From an uncultured Myxococcales bacterium (lineage in GTDB: Bacteria; Myxococcota_A; Polyangia; Polyangiales; Houyiibacteriaceae): a stretch of DNA of 64,000 nucleotides. Of the stretch, positions 54,266-64,000 are shown in pieces; within the stretch, counting starts at the first letter, position 1; the number at the start of each line of letters is the position of its first letter. The DNA lies in NCBI GenBank assembly GCA_965601515.1, contig CBFCWN010000008.1, forward strand, positions 4,379 to 68,378, written 5' to 3'. The notes beneath the pieces were generated by a model that worked only from the letters and a program-made list of their open reading frames with translations, was not told the DNA's origin and did no database searches. The position numbers were made by a program, and so were the translations under genes.

Positions 54266-55192
54266 TCATGCGCGCCGCTGAAAGCAGTCCGTGGCGATGC
54301 CGAGCCGGCGTCGCGAGCGGTCGGTCGAGCGTATGAAGCCCGTGGTGACTGGGTCGTGGTAGCCGCTCGCCAGGCGGAGGTCGGAGTCGAAGCGGCGGTA
54401 GAACTCACCAATCCGGCGCATGGCGAGCTCCCGGACGTATTTTCCGAGGATCGATGCGAGCGCGACGGGCAGGTGGCGAGCGTCGGCGTCGACTTCGAAG
54501 CGTACCTCTCCGAGGTCGTCGATCGCGTACCGTCTCTGACCACGTCGCCCCGACAGCGACCGAACGCGCTCGGGAGAGAAGCTCCGAAACCGGGACGCGT
54601 AGTCTCGAATGCCGCCAACCATTCCGCAGACCACCAGCTCGGGACGACCATGCTGACGACGAACGGACTCGATGAGGTCTTCGAAAAGCTCGAGGTCGAC
54701 GTCGAGCTTGTTCTTTCCCTGCGCGAGTCGAGCGTTGAGAAGGCCAGCACACGCGAGTCGGCTCTGCACGTCCACGATGCGAAGGGAGGAGCGACCCACG
54801 AGTTTGCCGAGCAGCTCCTCACCGTGCGCGGCGTCACCGCCGAACGCGGGCAGCGCGAGGTCGACGCCCCAGCATTGCTCCGACGTCGACGCATCCGGAC
54901 AGCGCGAGCCGAGCGCCGAGCGCGTACCCGGGGCCGCGCGCTCGAGCAGCTCATCCGCCGTGATCGGGGGCGGCTGTCGATCGGCCGCGCACAGAAGCGC
55001 GAGCGCAACCGACTCCGCGAACGCCATCTTCGAAAAGCCGCCGGTCTCCTTGCTATCGGTGAGGCCGAGGCGGAGGCCCCGATCGCAGAGCGACGCCCGC
55101 GCGTACCGGGAGATCTCGAGCGTGCACCCAGTCGCGACCAGGGGACCCAGCCGCGGGCCCATCCCGTTCTCGTCGACCCCCATCACGAGCAT
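54266..55192 (-). CDS. divergent ribonuclease HII-like protein
   Basis: GVDENGMGPRLGPLV, LTDSK, ADA.H.PVALASI.GKYVRE, SGY; ATG at 55192. Confidence 0.75.
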   Translation of the reverse strand: MLVMGVDENGMGPRLGPLVATGCTLEISRYARASLCDRGLRLGLTDSKETGGFSKMAFAESVALALLCAADRQPPPITADELLERAAPGTRSALGSRCPDASTSEQCWGVDLALPAFGGDAAHGEELLGKLVGRSSLRIVDVQSRLACAGLLNARLAQGKNKLDVDLELFEDLIESVRRQHGRPELVVCGMVGGIRDYASRFRSFSPERVRSLSGRRGQRRYAIDDLGEVRFEVDADARHLPVALASILGKYVRELAMRRIGEFYRRFDSDLRLASGYHDPVTTGFIRSTDRSRRRLGIATDCFQRRA

Positions 55193-55313
55193 GAATGTCC
55201 TGTAACACGCCGGAGATGAGCGTTCCGGGGCCGGGTTTGGCGGGGCCGTGAAATCACGGTAATATTTCATTGTTGTGGTAAAAGAGCACGCTGCATCGAG
55301 CGGCCGCATCAAG

Positions 55314-56087
55314 ATGGATAGCGAATCACCGATCGGGAGAATGGTGAGGGAGGCGATCGAAACGGTCGCGACGCCCGAGGTGCGACTCCAGATTCTGCAT
55401 CGCGCGCTCCACATGGCACGCGAGCACGAGATCCCGAAGGCGGGCGCGGCGTTGCATCGTTTCGTCGACAAACACCTTCGAACCGCGATGGCCTTCTACA
55501 TCGGAAGCGAGGCCACCGAGGCCGTGATGCAGAACCTCGAGCCGATGGTGACGTACGCGGAGCGTCTGAGCTCGAAGCCTCCGACCCGGAGCTCGAGACT
55601 GGACGAGACGCGCAAGCTCGGTCGCCACCGGCAGAACTCGGGCGTCGAACCCAGAATGCCCGCACTCGACGCGCTCCTCGATACCTCCAAGTACCCGACG
55701 GTGACACCCACGGGGTCCGCGCTGCCGATGGTATTCGTCGCAACGCGAAGCTCGCAGCGGTTCCAGGCGATCCTCCAAAGCGTGGGAGAAGCCGCCGCCG
55801 TCCAACAGATCGAAGACGTGGTCGCGTTCCTCGACAACCTCAAAGCGACCGCGTCACTCGGCCCGCTCGTCGTGATCGACTGCGTCGAGGCGTCGGTGCA
55901 GCCGGGAACCATCGCCACCTTCGCCCATGAGCTCCCCACCGGTTCGGCCGTCCTGCTTTGGGGCGCCGACCACCGCCACAAGCAGCTGACCGAGCTAGCG
56001 ACGGGACGCGAGGGATGGCTTCAATGCGACGTCGAGGCCACGCCCGAGGACGTCGCTTCGCTCATCCATATGCTCCTCGGCGAGTAG
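55314..56087 (+). CDS. hypothetical protein (possible receiver-like C-terminal alpha/beta domain)
   Basis: Fills gap, divergent from RNase HII-like gene; VFVAT...LVVIDC...VLLWG strand pattern. Confidence 0.65.
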   Translation: MDSESPIGRMVREAIETVATPEVRLQILHRALHMAREHEIPKAGAALHRFVDKHLRTAMAFYIGSEATEAVMQNLEPMVTYAERLSSKPPTRSSRLDETRKLGRHRQNSGVEPRMPALDALLDTSKYPTVTPTGSALPMVFVATRSSQRFQAILQSVGEAAAVQQIEDVVAFLDNLKATASLGPLVVIDCVEASVQPGTIATFAHELPTGSAVLLWGADHRHKQLTELATGREGWLQCDVEATPEDVASLIHMLLGE

Positions 56088-56879
56088 CCACTCGACGAGC
56101 TGTTCATCTCCAGCAGCCGCGCGCGCGTCGTCATCTCCTTTGCGAGCGGGGTCGTTGAGCCACGGCCAATGGGGCGGCTGCTCCCGGCATCCAAGCTGAC
56201 GCTCCGCTCGGCTGCAACCAACGCGCACGTGAAAGTGATCGTCATGATCGTCGCCGTTGGACGGCTGGTGCAGCACCCACGTCGCGCGAAGGACCGCTTC
56301 GTGTGACGGCTCGTAGCGAGCCGCGTAGCGAAGGAGGCGCGCCTTGAGCTCGTTCGAGCAGAAGATCCATTTCACGCGAGCCTCGTCGTCCATCAGCAGG
56401 GTGCGGACGAGGTGCCAATTCCGCGGCTCGTCGAACTGGTACACGGTCGCGGGAGTGTTCGACATCCCGAGCGCATCGAAGCTTGGCCAACCGGCGTTGG
56501 CGATCGGAAGGCCACCCGCGTCACGCGCGAAAAACAGGAGGTCCGCGTCGCGGCCGGAGCGATGGCTTCGATGACGTGGATGGCTTCCACCGCTCGGGTT
56601 GCTGAGATCGCCAACGCGCAAAGCGGGGCCGCCAGGAAAGGCCTCTTCCACGGACTTCGCCGCGCGCTCGATCGCCGCGAGAAGCGTGGCGGACCCGTAG
56701 CGGGTGTCCTCGTTCGGCCGGAGGCGCTCGTAGCCCGAACCGCGGTTCGGCAGCGCGTGGGCGTCTCGTAGATATCCGTCGTCCGACGTCCCGATCGAGA
56801 TCGTCTGTCCAGCCGGAAGAGGCTCCGTCACGCATGCGCCGAGCGAAAGGAAAGACAGGACGGTGAAAAGCCTAACCAT
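55995..56879 (-). CDS. penicillin-insensitive murein endopeptidase (MepA-like) lipoprotein
   Basis: Lipobox LGAC; VGDLS...GG...HRSHRSGRDADL; HDDHFHVR. Confidence 0.85.
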   Translation of the reverse strand: MVRLFTVLSFLSLGACVTEPLPAGQTISIGTSDDGYLRDAHALPNRGSGYERLRPNEDTRYGSATLLAAIERAAKSVEEAFPGGPALRVGDLSNPSGGSHPRHRSHRSGRDADLLFFARDAGGLPIANAGWPSFDALGMSNTPATVYQFDEPRNWHLVRTLLMDDEARVKWIFCSNELKARLLRYAARYEPSHEAVLRATWVLHQPSNGDDHDDHFHVRVGCSRAERQLGCREQPPHWPWLNDPARKGDDDARAAAGDEQLVEWLLAEEHMDERSDVLGRGLDVALKPSLASRR

Positions 56880-56908
56880 TTCAACCCCATGATAGCGCAC
56901 GGTTCTCC

Positions 56909-56936
56909 TTGACGTACCTAGGGCGCCACGTAAGTT
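56909..56936 (+). promoter_or_regulatory. putative sigma70 promoter for TPR/zincin gene
   Basis: TTGACG-16 nt-TAAGTT just upstream of ATG 56949. Confidence 0.45.
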
Positions 56937-56948
56937 TCCGGATTGACC

Positions 56949-57971
56949 ATGACCGAGCAACACGAAGGCTTCATGGATCGGCTGAGCGCCCACCTCGATC
57001 GAGGGTGGGAGCTCGTCACCCAAGGCGATCTGAGCGGCGCAATGGCTTCGGCGGAGCAGACGCTCGAGCTGGATGGCGACTCACCTGATGCCCATAACCT
57101 CATCGGGTACATTCACGCGGCGAACGGGAATCTCGACCTCGCGCTCGAGCACTATCGGCAGGCGATCGACCTCGACGAGCACTACCTCGAGGCGATGCTC
57201 AATGCCGCCGAGCTGCTGATCCACCCGCTCGGGAGCTTCGACGAGGCCATTCGGGTGCTCGATCAGGCCCTCGAGAGCTGCCAGACGGCGGACGACATCG
57301 CCGACGCCTCGGTGTTGAAGGTCGACGCGCTGCTCCAGCAGGGGGACCGTGCGGCCGCGGCCGAGCTTCTCCTTGGGCTTCCCGAGGGGCCGTTCGAGAA
57401 CGAGCAGCTCGATTTTCTCATCGGGCGAGCCCACTTCGAGCTCGACCAGCTCGAGCAAGCCGCGGTGCTCATCGAACGCGCGGCGGCGCGACCCGACGCG
57501 TCGCCAGACGTCACGTACTACCTCGGCCTTCTGCGCGACCGGCAGGGCCGAGCCGACGAAGCGTCGCTCGCCTTCTTGAAGACGCGCCATCTCGACGGGC
57601 AGCTTCCGTCGCCACCGTGGTCCGTGAGTCACGGTAGGTTCGAGAAGGTGGTCCAAGCGGCCCTCCGCGATCTGCCCAAGCAGATCGCACAGCGACTCGA
57701 AGGCAACCTGATCATGGTGACCGATCTTCCGGGTCTCGAAATCGTCGCGGAAGGCATCGATCCCCGTACGCCCCTGCTTCTCGATGAGATGGCGAACCCG
57801 GGCAAAACGAGCGATCAACGGCGCCTCTTCATCTACCAGCGGAACATCGAGCGTCTGATTCGTCATCCGCTCGAGCTTCAACAAGACGTGTTCGAGATTC
57901 TCAAGCGCGAGCTCGAAGCGCACTTCTCTCGTCCACCGGGGCCACCGTCACAGCCGCCCGCGAACACCTAG
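56949..57971 (+). CDS. TPR protein with C-terminal zincin-like domain
   Basis: N-terminal TPRs; FE..V..AL..LP, V.DLP, DPR, IYQRNIER pattern of Zincin_1-type domains. Confidence 0.78.
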   Translation: MTEQHEGFMDRLSAHLDRGWELVTQGDLSGAMASAEQTLELDGDSPDAHNLIGYIHAANGNLDLALEHYRQAIDLDEHYLEAMLNAAELLIHPLGSFDEAIRVLDQALESCQTADDIADASVLKVDALLQQGDRAAAAELLLGLPEGPFENEQLDFLIGRAHFELDQLEQAAVLIERAAARPDASPDVTYYLGLLRDRQGRADEASLAFLKTRHLDGQLPSPPWSVSHGRFEKVVQAALRDLPKQIAQRLEGNLIMVTDLPGLEIVAEGIDPRTPLLLDEMANPGKTSDQRRLFIYQRNIERLIRHPLELQQDVFEILKRELEAHFSRPPGPPSQPPANT

Positions 57972-57972
57972 G

Positions 57973-58677
57973 CTAGGCGCCTAGCGCGGCACGCATGGTC
58001 GAGTCGAAGCCCGCGTCGAGTGGGGATTCGAACTGCATTTCCGTATTGCCCCATGGAAACGACACGCGGTGACAGTGCAGCATCACGCGGCGTGGCGTGA
58101 GCACCTGTCCATCGGGCAGCGTAAGCCGTCGGTCGCCTCCGTAGGCATGATCGCCGAAAAGCGGCACGCCCGCTTTGGCGGCATGCACGCGGAGCTGGTG
58201 AGTTCGTCCCGTACGCGGACGAAGGTGCAGCACGGTGGCATGAGTCGAACGCTCGACGACTTCGTAGTCGGTGAGTGCGTCGCGTTCGCCACGCCCAGGT
58301 CCGGCGATTCGAAGCTTCGCATTCTTCGGGTCGATCGAGATCGGCCAGGACCACGCGCCCTTCTCGGGCGAGACCTCGTGGAGCGTGAGGCCGACGTAGA
58401 GCCGCTCATACGTCCCCGCCCGACGCGCCTCGAGCAAGCGCTGGTTCGCCCGCTTCGAGAGCGCAAACGTCACGATCCCGCTCACCGGCGAATCGAGCCG
58501 CGAGGTCGGGTGCGCACGGAGCTCCGGGAACTCCTCCTCCACCCAACGCACGAGACACGGGGTGTCTTCCGAAGGCGCCGTGGTCGGCATCCCCGCAGGC
58601 TTCTGAACCACCAAGAGCTCCTCCCCCACAAACAGCGGGACAGGCAGCCCCCCAGAAACCGTCTTCTTTTCAATCAC
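57973..58677 (-). CDS. RluA family pseudouridine synthase
   Basis: KPAGM, SRLD..VSG, TGRTHQLRVH, GDHAYG, MLH. Confidence 0.9.
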   Translation of the reverse strand: MIEKKTVSGGLPVPLFVGEELLVVQKPAGMPTTAPSEDTPCLVRWVEEEFPELRAHPTSRLDSPVSGIVTFALSKRANQRLLEARRAGTYERLYVGLTLHEVSPEKGAWSWPISIDPKNAKLRIAGPGRGERDALTDYEVVERSTHATVLHLRPRTGRTHQLRVHAAKAGVPLFGDHAYGGDRRLTLPDGQVLTPRRVMLHCHRVSFPWGNTEMQFESPLDAGFDSTMRAALGA

Positions 58678-58709
58678 TTACAGACCGACCCGCGTGATTT
58701 GCGGCCGCC

Positions 58710-61343
58710 CTACCCACCGAGGACCTCGACGGTACCGACGTCACCGTTTACGCGGATGATGTCGCCGTCCCGAAGCGCGCGCGTCGCACTCGTCACGTTG
58801 ACCACCGCGGGCACGGCGTATTCGCGAAGGATGATCGCGGCGTGTGAAAGAGGCCCACCTAGCTCGGTCACGACGCCGGATGCCGCGAGGAACAATGGCG
58901 CCCAACCGGTGTCCGCCGCCGCGACGACCAGCACGTCCCCAGGCTGAAAGCTGCCTGCCTGAGAGGGATCTTTCAAGATGCGCGCACGGCCTTCGGCGAT
59001 CCCGCGACTTGCGGCGAGCCCCTTCATGCGAGTGACCGGGCGAATCATCTCGTCGTCATCCGGTGGAAAACCGACGAAGGTGGTGGGCGGCTCTGGCAAC
59101 GCGCGATTGCGTTCGTACTCGAGCCGTCGCCGCTGCACACGGATCGCGACGCGGTCGTTCTCGTCGTAGAGCACTCGACGCACTTCGGCGAGCGTGAGAA
59201 AGAACGCCGCGTCCGGACCCGCCTCCGGCTCTCGCGCTCGAATACGACGCGAGGCCTCCAAGGCGACTCGACGAAACATTCCCAATACTTCGACCACGTG
59301 ACCACGAAGATGCTCTCGCATCCGGGTGAATCGACGGACGACGTCGAGTAGCTTCCGCACTGCCAGTCGCAGCGGAAGAGGCACGGATTCCTCGAGGTCC
59401 TTCTCGGCGTTGCGACGTGCCTTCTGAATCTCTCGTTCGCGCGCCGCGAGGTCGACGTCGCCGTCGAGGTGTGAGCGAAGCGCCGCAAACATCAAGGTCG
59501 GGTCCTCGGCCCAGCGCGGCTCGCCAATCTCAGCCTCGCGCACGCCTCGATGGCCGTAGTCGACGAGAAATCGAGTGAGCGCATCCCTCGTCGGCCCAGG
59601 CAGTAGATCATCGACGCGGAGCTCGGATACCGGCGTCGATCGGAGGTGCTCCGCGACCAGCGGCTCCTCCCGCGCGAGCTGCGCGGCCTTCCACAGCGCG
59701 AAGCCGGGCTGCGCGCTCGATACGCCTTCGAGACCGGAGAGCAGGTCTCGGTAGAGCCCGACACTGCGGTCCTTGGCGAACAGTCGAAGGATACCGAGCA
59801 GCAGGAGCACCGCGGAGAGAAGGTTCGCGTATGCCGTGAGCATGATGGAACCGGTCTCGTCGAGGAGGTGCTCGACGTCGCCCAACATCCGGTCGAGCCC
59901 GTTAGGCTCCAGGATCCTCGGGTCGACGGCGCAAATGCGGAGTCGCTCCTCGGCAAAATACTTTTCGAAATCTTCGACGCGCGCGTTCAGCCGGAAGTTC
60001 TCGCGCAAGTAACGGGACACGGTCTGCGGAAGCCTCAGCACAAAGCGCGTCGATCCTCCGCCATCGACGACCTCGTCGAGCTCTGCCGCGTACTGCCCGC
60101 CGCCGAGTCGCAGCAAGGTCGACGGATGAATCCACGGAATCTGCGACATGATCGCGCTGAACTCCGTCAGGTTGATGTAGATGCGACCACGGAAGTCGCC
60201 GACGAGCTCGGCATCGCGAGGAACGGTGCACCCCATCGCACCGAACGCGCGTCGAAAACCGAGATCGCTGAACTCGCTGAGAACCGACCACGTAAAGGGA
60301 GTTGCGACACCGGGTAGCGCTTCGCCCACGTTGGCGTTGCTCCAGACGATCTTACGTCGATCCCAGGACCGTTCGCGCCGCGTGCTTCGGCGGTTTCGCG
60401 TCTTGGGGACGACGATGGGACGCGCTTGAAGCACGAAGACCTGCTGGTCCGCGATCGCCCACTCGACGTCACGCGGGTCGCCAAAGTGGTTTTCGATTCG
60501 GGTGGCGAGGTCATTGAGCGTGAGGAGCTGCTGCTCGGTGAGCGCAGGCTTCACCCTGTCCGCCTCGAGCACGTCGACTTCGCGAACGCCCCCGTCGCGC
60601 TCGAGGAGCGTCTGCTGGGCTTTGCTTCCAATCATCTGATCGCGAAGCTGACCCGTCGTCTTGTCGATGCGGTACGTGTCGGGAGTGACCCTGCCTTCCA
60701 CGACCTGCGAACCGAGCCCGTAGGCGGCGTTGATCACGACCTCGCCGGAATCGCCGTTCAGTGGATTCGCAGTGAAGAGCACCCCCGAGACCTCCGCGGG
60801 GACCATCGCCTGGATCACGACGCCAACCGAGACAGGCAGGTCCTCGTGAAGAGTGCGAAGATACGACAGGACACGCGGGCGAAAGAGGCTCGACCAGCAC
60901 GACTTGATCGCGTCCAGCACTTCGTCTTCGCGTGTGAGGTTCAACGCTGTGATATGCATGCCAGCGGCTGACGCCCCCTCCTGGTCTTCGTGCGTCGCGG
61001 ACGACCTGACGGCGAAGCTCGTTGCACCCTCCTCGCCCATTGCGAGAAGTGCATCGCGAACCGCGCGCACGACGTCCTGCGGAAGGGTGGCCTCGCGAAC
61101 TCGCTCGGCGGCGTGATGGAGGCGCTCTTCGCTCACGACGGGCTCCCGCAAGAGAGCTCGCGGACGATCGGCGATGTCGAGCACGCTCGAGTAGAACGAA
61201 TCGCCCACCCAGCCCGGCATCGCGTACGCCGCGGGAACCGGAAAGCCCGCACGCGCGAGCGCCGCGAGGCTGCGAGCCTTTCCGCCGTAGCCAGAAGCCC
61301 TTCGTGGGACCACCGATTCGATTCGCTTCAATATCCGGGGCAT
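58710..61343 (-). CDS. PEP-utilizing enzyme, rifampin phosphotransferase/PigC-like architecture
   Basis: N-terminal ATP-grasp (GGKA, AVRSSA..ED, SGVLFT.NP, DVEWA, LQARPI), large central domain, C-terminal GGPLSHAAI..RE phospho-His domain. Confidence 0.88.
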   Translation of the reverse strand: MPRILKRIESVVPRRASGYGGKARSLAALARAGFPVPAAYAMPGWVGDSFYSSVLDIADRPRALLREPVVSEERLHHAAERVREATLPQDVVRAVRDALLAMGEEGATSFAVRSSATHEDQEGASAAGMHITALNLTREDEVLDAIKSCWSSLFRPRVLSYLRTLHEDLPVSVGVVIQAMVPAEVSGVLFTANPLNGDSGEVVINAAYGLGSQVVEGRVTPDTYRIDKTTGQLRDQMIGSKAQQTLLERDGGVREVDVLEADRVKPALTEQQLLTLNDLATRIENHFGDPRDVEWAIADQQVFVLQARPIVVPKTRNRRSTRRERSWDRRKIVWSNANVGEALPGVATPFTWSVLSEFSDLGFRRAFGAMGCTVPRDAELVGDFRGRIYINLTEFSAIMSQIPWIHPSTLLRLGGGQYAAELDEVVDGGGSTRFVLRLPQTVSRYLRENFRLNARVEDFEKYFAEERLRICAVDPRILEPNGLDRMLGDVEHLLDETGSIMLTAYANLLSAVLLLLGILRLFAKDRSVGLYRDLLSGLEGVSSAQPGFALWKAAQLAREEPLVAEHLRSTPVSELRVDDLLPGPTRDALTRFLVDYGHRGVREAEIGEPRWAEDPTLMFAALRSHLDGDVDLAAREREIQKARRNAEKDLEESVPLPLRLAVRKLLDVVRRFTRMREHLRGHVVEVLGMFRRVALEASRRIRAREPEAGPDAAFFLTLAEVRRVLYDENDRVAIRVQRRRLEYERNRALPEPPTTFVGFPPDDDEMIRPVTRMKGLAASRGIAEGRARILKDPSQAGSFQPGDVLVVAAADTGWAPLFLAASGVVTELGGPLSHAAIILREYAVPAVVNVTSATRALRDGDIIRVNGDVGTVEVLGG

Positions 61344-61416
61344 CGTGCCGGGGTCGTTCTAGCGCAGCGAACGTGGGGGGCCACAGGGGCGATGGACGCG
61401 GGGGGTAGCGAGCGCT

Positions 61417-62847
61417 ATGAACGCGCCCGTGGCGGTGTTGGAAGACGATCATTTTCATGATCAATGCGGGGTATTCGGTGTGTTCGGCGCTGCCGAGGCG
61501 TCGAACCTGACGTATCTCGGCCTGCATTCGCTGCAGCATCGTGGGCAAGAGGCCGCCGGCATCGTGTCGAGCAACGGCGAACAGCTGTTCGTCCACCGCG
61601 GCATGGGCCTCGTGCAAGACGTCTTCACCGCGCCTCAGATCGAGAAGCTGCCTGGGCAGAGCGCCATCGGTCACGTTCGATATACGACGGCTGGCGGCAG
61701 TCACATCAAGAACGCTCAGCCGTTCGCGGTCGACTGCGCGCACGGCGCCATCTCCGTGGCGCACAACGGAAATCTCACGAACGGCCTCGCGCTCCGCCAC
61801 GAGCTCGAGAAGGACGGCTCGATTTTTTCGTCGGACAGCGACACCGAAGTTCTCGTACATTTGATCGCCAGGTCCAAAGCCGAGACGATGGTCGACAGCG
61901 TCGCGGATGCGCTGCATAGCGTGGAGGGCGCGTACTCGCTGGTCTTCCTCTCCCCCGACGAACTGATCGCCGTCCGCGACCCGTACGGCTTTCGACCTCT
62001 CTGTCTCGGCAAGCTCGATGGTTCGTATGTGGTGGCTTCGGAGCCCCCAGCGTTCCAGCTCATCGGGGCCGAGTTCGTGCGCGATGTGGAGCCAGGCGAG
62101 ATGCTCGTCATCAACCGCTCGGGCCTGACGAGCCTTCGCCCGTTCCGGATCGACCCCGATCGTCGGTACATGTGCATTTTCGAGTACGTCTACTTCGCGC
62201 GACCCGACGCCTCGTTCGACGGGATCAGTGTGTATGAAGCTAGGAAACGCATGGGGCGCGCTCTTGCAGAGGATCAGCCAGTCGAAGCGGACATCGTCGT
62301 GCCCGTGCCCGATAGCGGCGTCGCGGCTGCACTCGGCTACGCGGAGGCTGCGGGCCTTCCCTTCGAGCTCGGGCTGATTCGGAGTCACTACGTCGGGCGA
62401 ACGTTCATCGAGCCTGCGCAGTCGATTCGTCACTTCGGCGTGCGGCTGAAGCTTCACCCCGTGCCGAGCCTTCTCGAAGGAAAACGAGTCATCGTCATCG
62501 ATGATTCGATCGTGCGGGGAACCACCAGCCGCAAGATCGTGAAGATGATCCGCGATGCAGGCGCCAAAGAGGTTCATCTTCGAATCAGCTCGCCGCCCAC
62601 GAGCTGGCCGTGCTTCTACGGCATCGACACGCCGACCCGCGAAGAGCTCATTGCGGCGCACAACACGGTGGACGAAGTGAACGAGTACGTCACCGCGGAT
62701 ACCCTAGGGTACCTATCCCTCGACGGACTCAAGCGCGCCGTCGGCGGAGACGAGGGCTTTTGCAGCGCGTGCTTCAGCGGGCGGTACCCGATTCCCGTCA
62801 AAGACAACGGCACCACGCGACGACAGCTTCCGCTCGTGGGCGTCTAG
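61417..62847 (+). CDS. purF: amidophosphoribosyltransferase
   Basis: Propeptide then [41 protein letters not shown]. Confidence 0.98.
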   Translation: MNAPVAVLEDDHFHDQCGVFGVFGAAEASNLTYLGLHSLQHRGQEAAGIVSSNGEQLFVHRGMGLVQDVFTAPQIEKLPGQSAIGHVRYTTAGGSHIKNAQPFAVDCAHGAISVAHNGNLTNGLALRHELEKDGSIFSSDSDTEVLVHLIARSKAETMVDSVADALHSVEGAYSLVFLSPDELIAVRDPYGFRPLCLGKLDGSYVVASEPPAFQLIGAEFVRDVEPGEMLVINRSGLTSLRPFRIDPDRRYMCIFEYVYFARPDASFDGISVYEARKRMGRALAEDQPVEADIVVPVPDSGVAAALGYAEAAGLPFELGLIRSHYVGRTFIEPAQSIRHFGVRLKLHPVPSLLEGKRVIVIDDSIVRGTTSRKIVKMIRDAGAKEVHLRISSPPTSWPCFYGIDTPTREELIAAHNTVDEVNEYVTADTLGYLSLDGLKRAVGGDEGFCSACFSGRYPIPVKDNGTTRRQLPLVGV

Positions 62848-63698
62848 TGCGCTGTAAACCAGCGGACGATGGCCTCGTTGACTTCGGCGGGGCGCTCGAG
62901 GTGCACGAAGTGGCCGGCGTCGGAGAGGATGAGCTCCTCGAAGAGCGCGCTGAACCAGGCGCTCTGCCCTTCACACATCTCGACGCCTAATGCACCGTCG
63001 CGTTCGCCGTGGATGGTCAGCGTCGGCACCTGGATCGGGCCCTCGCGAAGAAGCTGCCTGGTGCCTCGGATGACGCTCGGACTCTTGAGAGTCCGGTAGT
63101 ACCTCAGCGGGGCCGGCATGCTCGACCGGAGACAAAGCTTGAGCTCGTCGAAGTACTCGTCGCCTGGATGAAAGCCCTGCGACCATCGGTGCCAAAGCCG
63201 CTCGATGTAGGCGAAATCGCGAAGGCTCACGAGGCGCTCGGAGAGGTAGGGAAGCTGAAACAAGCCCGCGTAGACGCTTCGCCGAAACTGTGAGGGATAC
63301 TCCTTGATGTTTTCCTCGATGGCGAGCATGTGCGGAACGGCGATCAGTGTGGCCGCACGAAGCCTTTCCGGCGCGGATGCCATGAGGTATTGAGCCATGA
63401 CCGCGCCCCAGTCGTGGCCGACGAGCCGGACCGGCTCGGTGGGCGAGAGCTCATCGATGAGGTCGAGGATTCGGCGGGACACCGACGGCCCATCGAACGG
63501 CCCTTCGAGACTCGAGGGCGCGTACCCAGGCATCCACGGGCAGACCACATGGTAACCGGCGCTACGGAGGTCTTCGGTAAGGGGCTCCCAGGTTCTCGGA
63601 ATGTCGGGAAATCCATGAAGGCAGAGGACAAGCGGAGCGTCCTCGGCCTCGTTCGAAAGATAGGAGATCCCGGTGCGTGCGGAACGCAGTCGATGCAT
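62844..63698 (-). CDS. alpha/beta hydrolase (epoxide hydrolase-like)
   Basis: [26 protein letters not shown]; ATG at 63698. Confidence 0.9.
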   Translation of the reverse strand: MHRLRSARTGISYLSNEAEDAPLVLCLHGFPDIPRTWEPLTEDLRSAGYHVVCPWMPGYAPSSLEGPFDGPSVSRRILDLIDELSPTEPVRLVGHDWGAVMAQYLMASAPERLRAATLIAVPHMLAIEENIKEYPSQFRRSVYAGLFQLPYLSERLVSLRDFAYIERLWHRWSQGFHPGDEYFDELKLCLRSSMPAPLRYYRTLKSPSVIRGTRQLLREGPIQVPTLTIHGERDGALGVEMCEGQSAWFSALFEELILSDAGHFVHLERPAEVNEAIVRWFTAH

Positions 63699-63708
63699 CG
63701 CGGCGAGC

Positions 63709-64000
63709 TTACGCGAAGAAGCTCGCGAGCGCTTCCGCAAGACGCTCGGCGAACGGTTCTTGCACGATTAGATCTTGACGGACTTCGATTTCGAGGGCGG
63801 TGCGGTCGAATTCCTTTGCGTGCCGAACCGGCGAGTACGCGAGGCCGCCCTTTCCCGACCAGGGTTCATTCGGGAGCACGTGAAAACCGTGCGACTCGAG
63901 GTGGCGGATGAGCTCGAAGGCCGGTCCTTCGTCGTCGTCGAAGAGCACACCGACTTCCAGGACCCGGCGGTCCCCCTCGTAGTTGTCGGTGAACGAGTGG
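63709..64000 (-). CDS. N-formylglutamate amidohydrolase, C-terminal part (runs off window end)
   Basis: HSFT...EVGVLFD...NEPWSG...EIEVRQDLI. Confidence 0.85.
   Translation of the reverse strand, partial: HSFTDNYEGDRRVLEVGVLFDDDEGPAFELIRHLESHGFHVLPNEPWSGKGGLAYSPVRHAKEFDRTALEIEVRQDLIVQEPFAERLAEALASFFA

Noticed and set aside
60511-62661. 716-aa minus-strand ORF spanning purF and the PEP-utilizer start
   Set aside because: Antisense to purF and out of frame with the real minus-strand gene; low-complexity translation

Overview
GC-rich, densely packed bacterial chromosomal segment. It is most consistent with a myxobacterium (Myxococcota), based on a myxosortase-like CPBP protease, a TIGR02266-like PilZ protein, a giant TPR protein and an ATC-initiated infC; this assignment is inference. 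The window is mainly housekeeping: dnaG (partial), nadC-birA-ygfZ-iscA, an RpoH-like sigma factor, a dsbD-HiPIP-ABC ATPase-lemA-TPM cluster, the thrS-infC / rpmI-rplT-pheS-pheT-ihfA-merR-tRNA-Pro-surE-apt block, rplM-rpsI-argC, plsB, an rpoN-hpf-ptsN-hprK-rapZ-ptsH-ptsI cluster, rnhA, purF and three tRNAs (Arg-CCT, Pro-GGG, Val-GAC). I saw no CRISPR array, transposase, integrase or phage genes. The most notable observations are: an ATC start for infC overlapping the thrS stop; an opposite-strand gene splitting infC from rpmI; a repeat-rich AT-rich rpoH leader and a pseudoknot-like element right after rpoH; and several apparent pseudo-enzymes (GGDEF, NUDIX, zincin, TlpA, RNase HII-like, and an Enzyme I missing a conserved loop). 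A rifampin-phosphotransferase-architecture enzyme and a Tat-lipoprotein HiPIP next to a truncated DsbD are also present. I cannot establish a new biological system from sequence alone, so these are leads.
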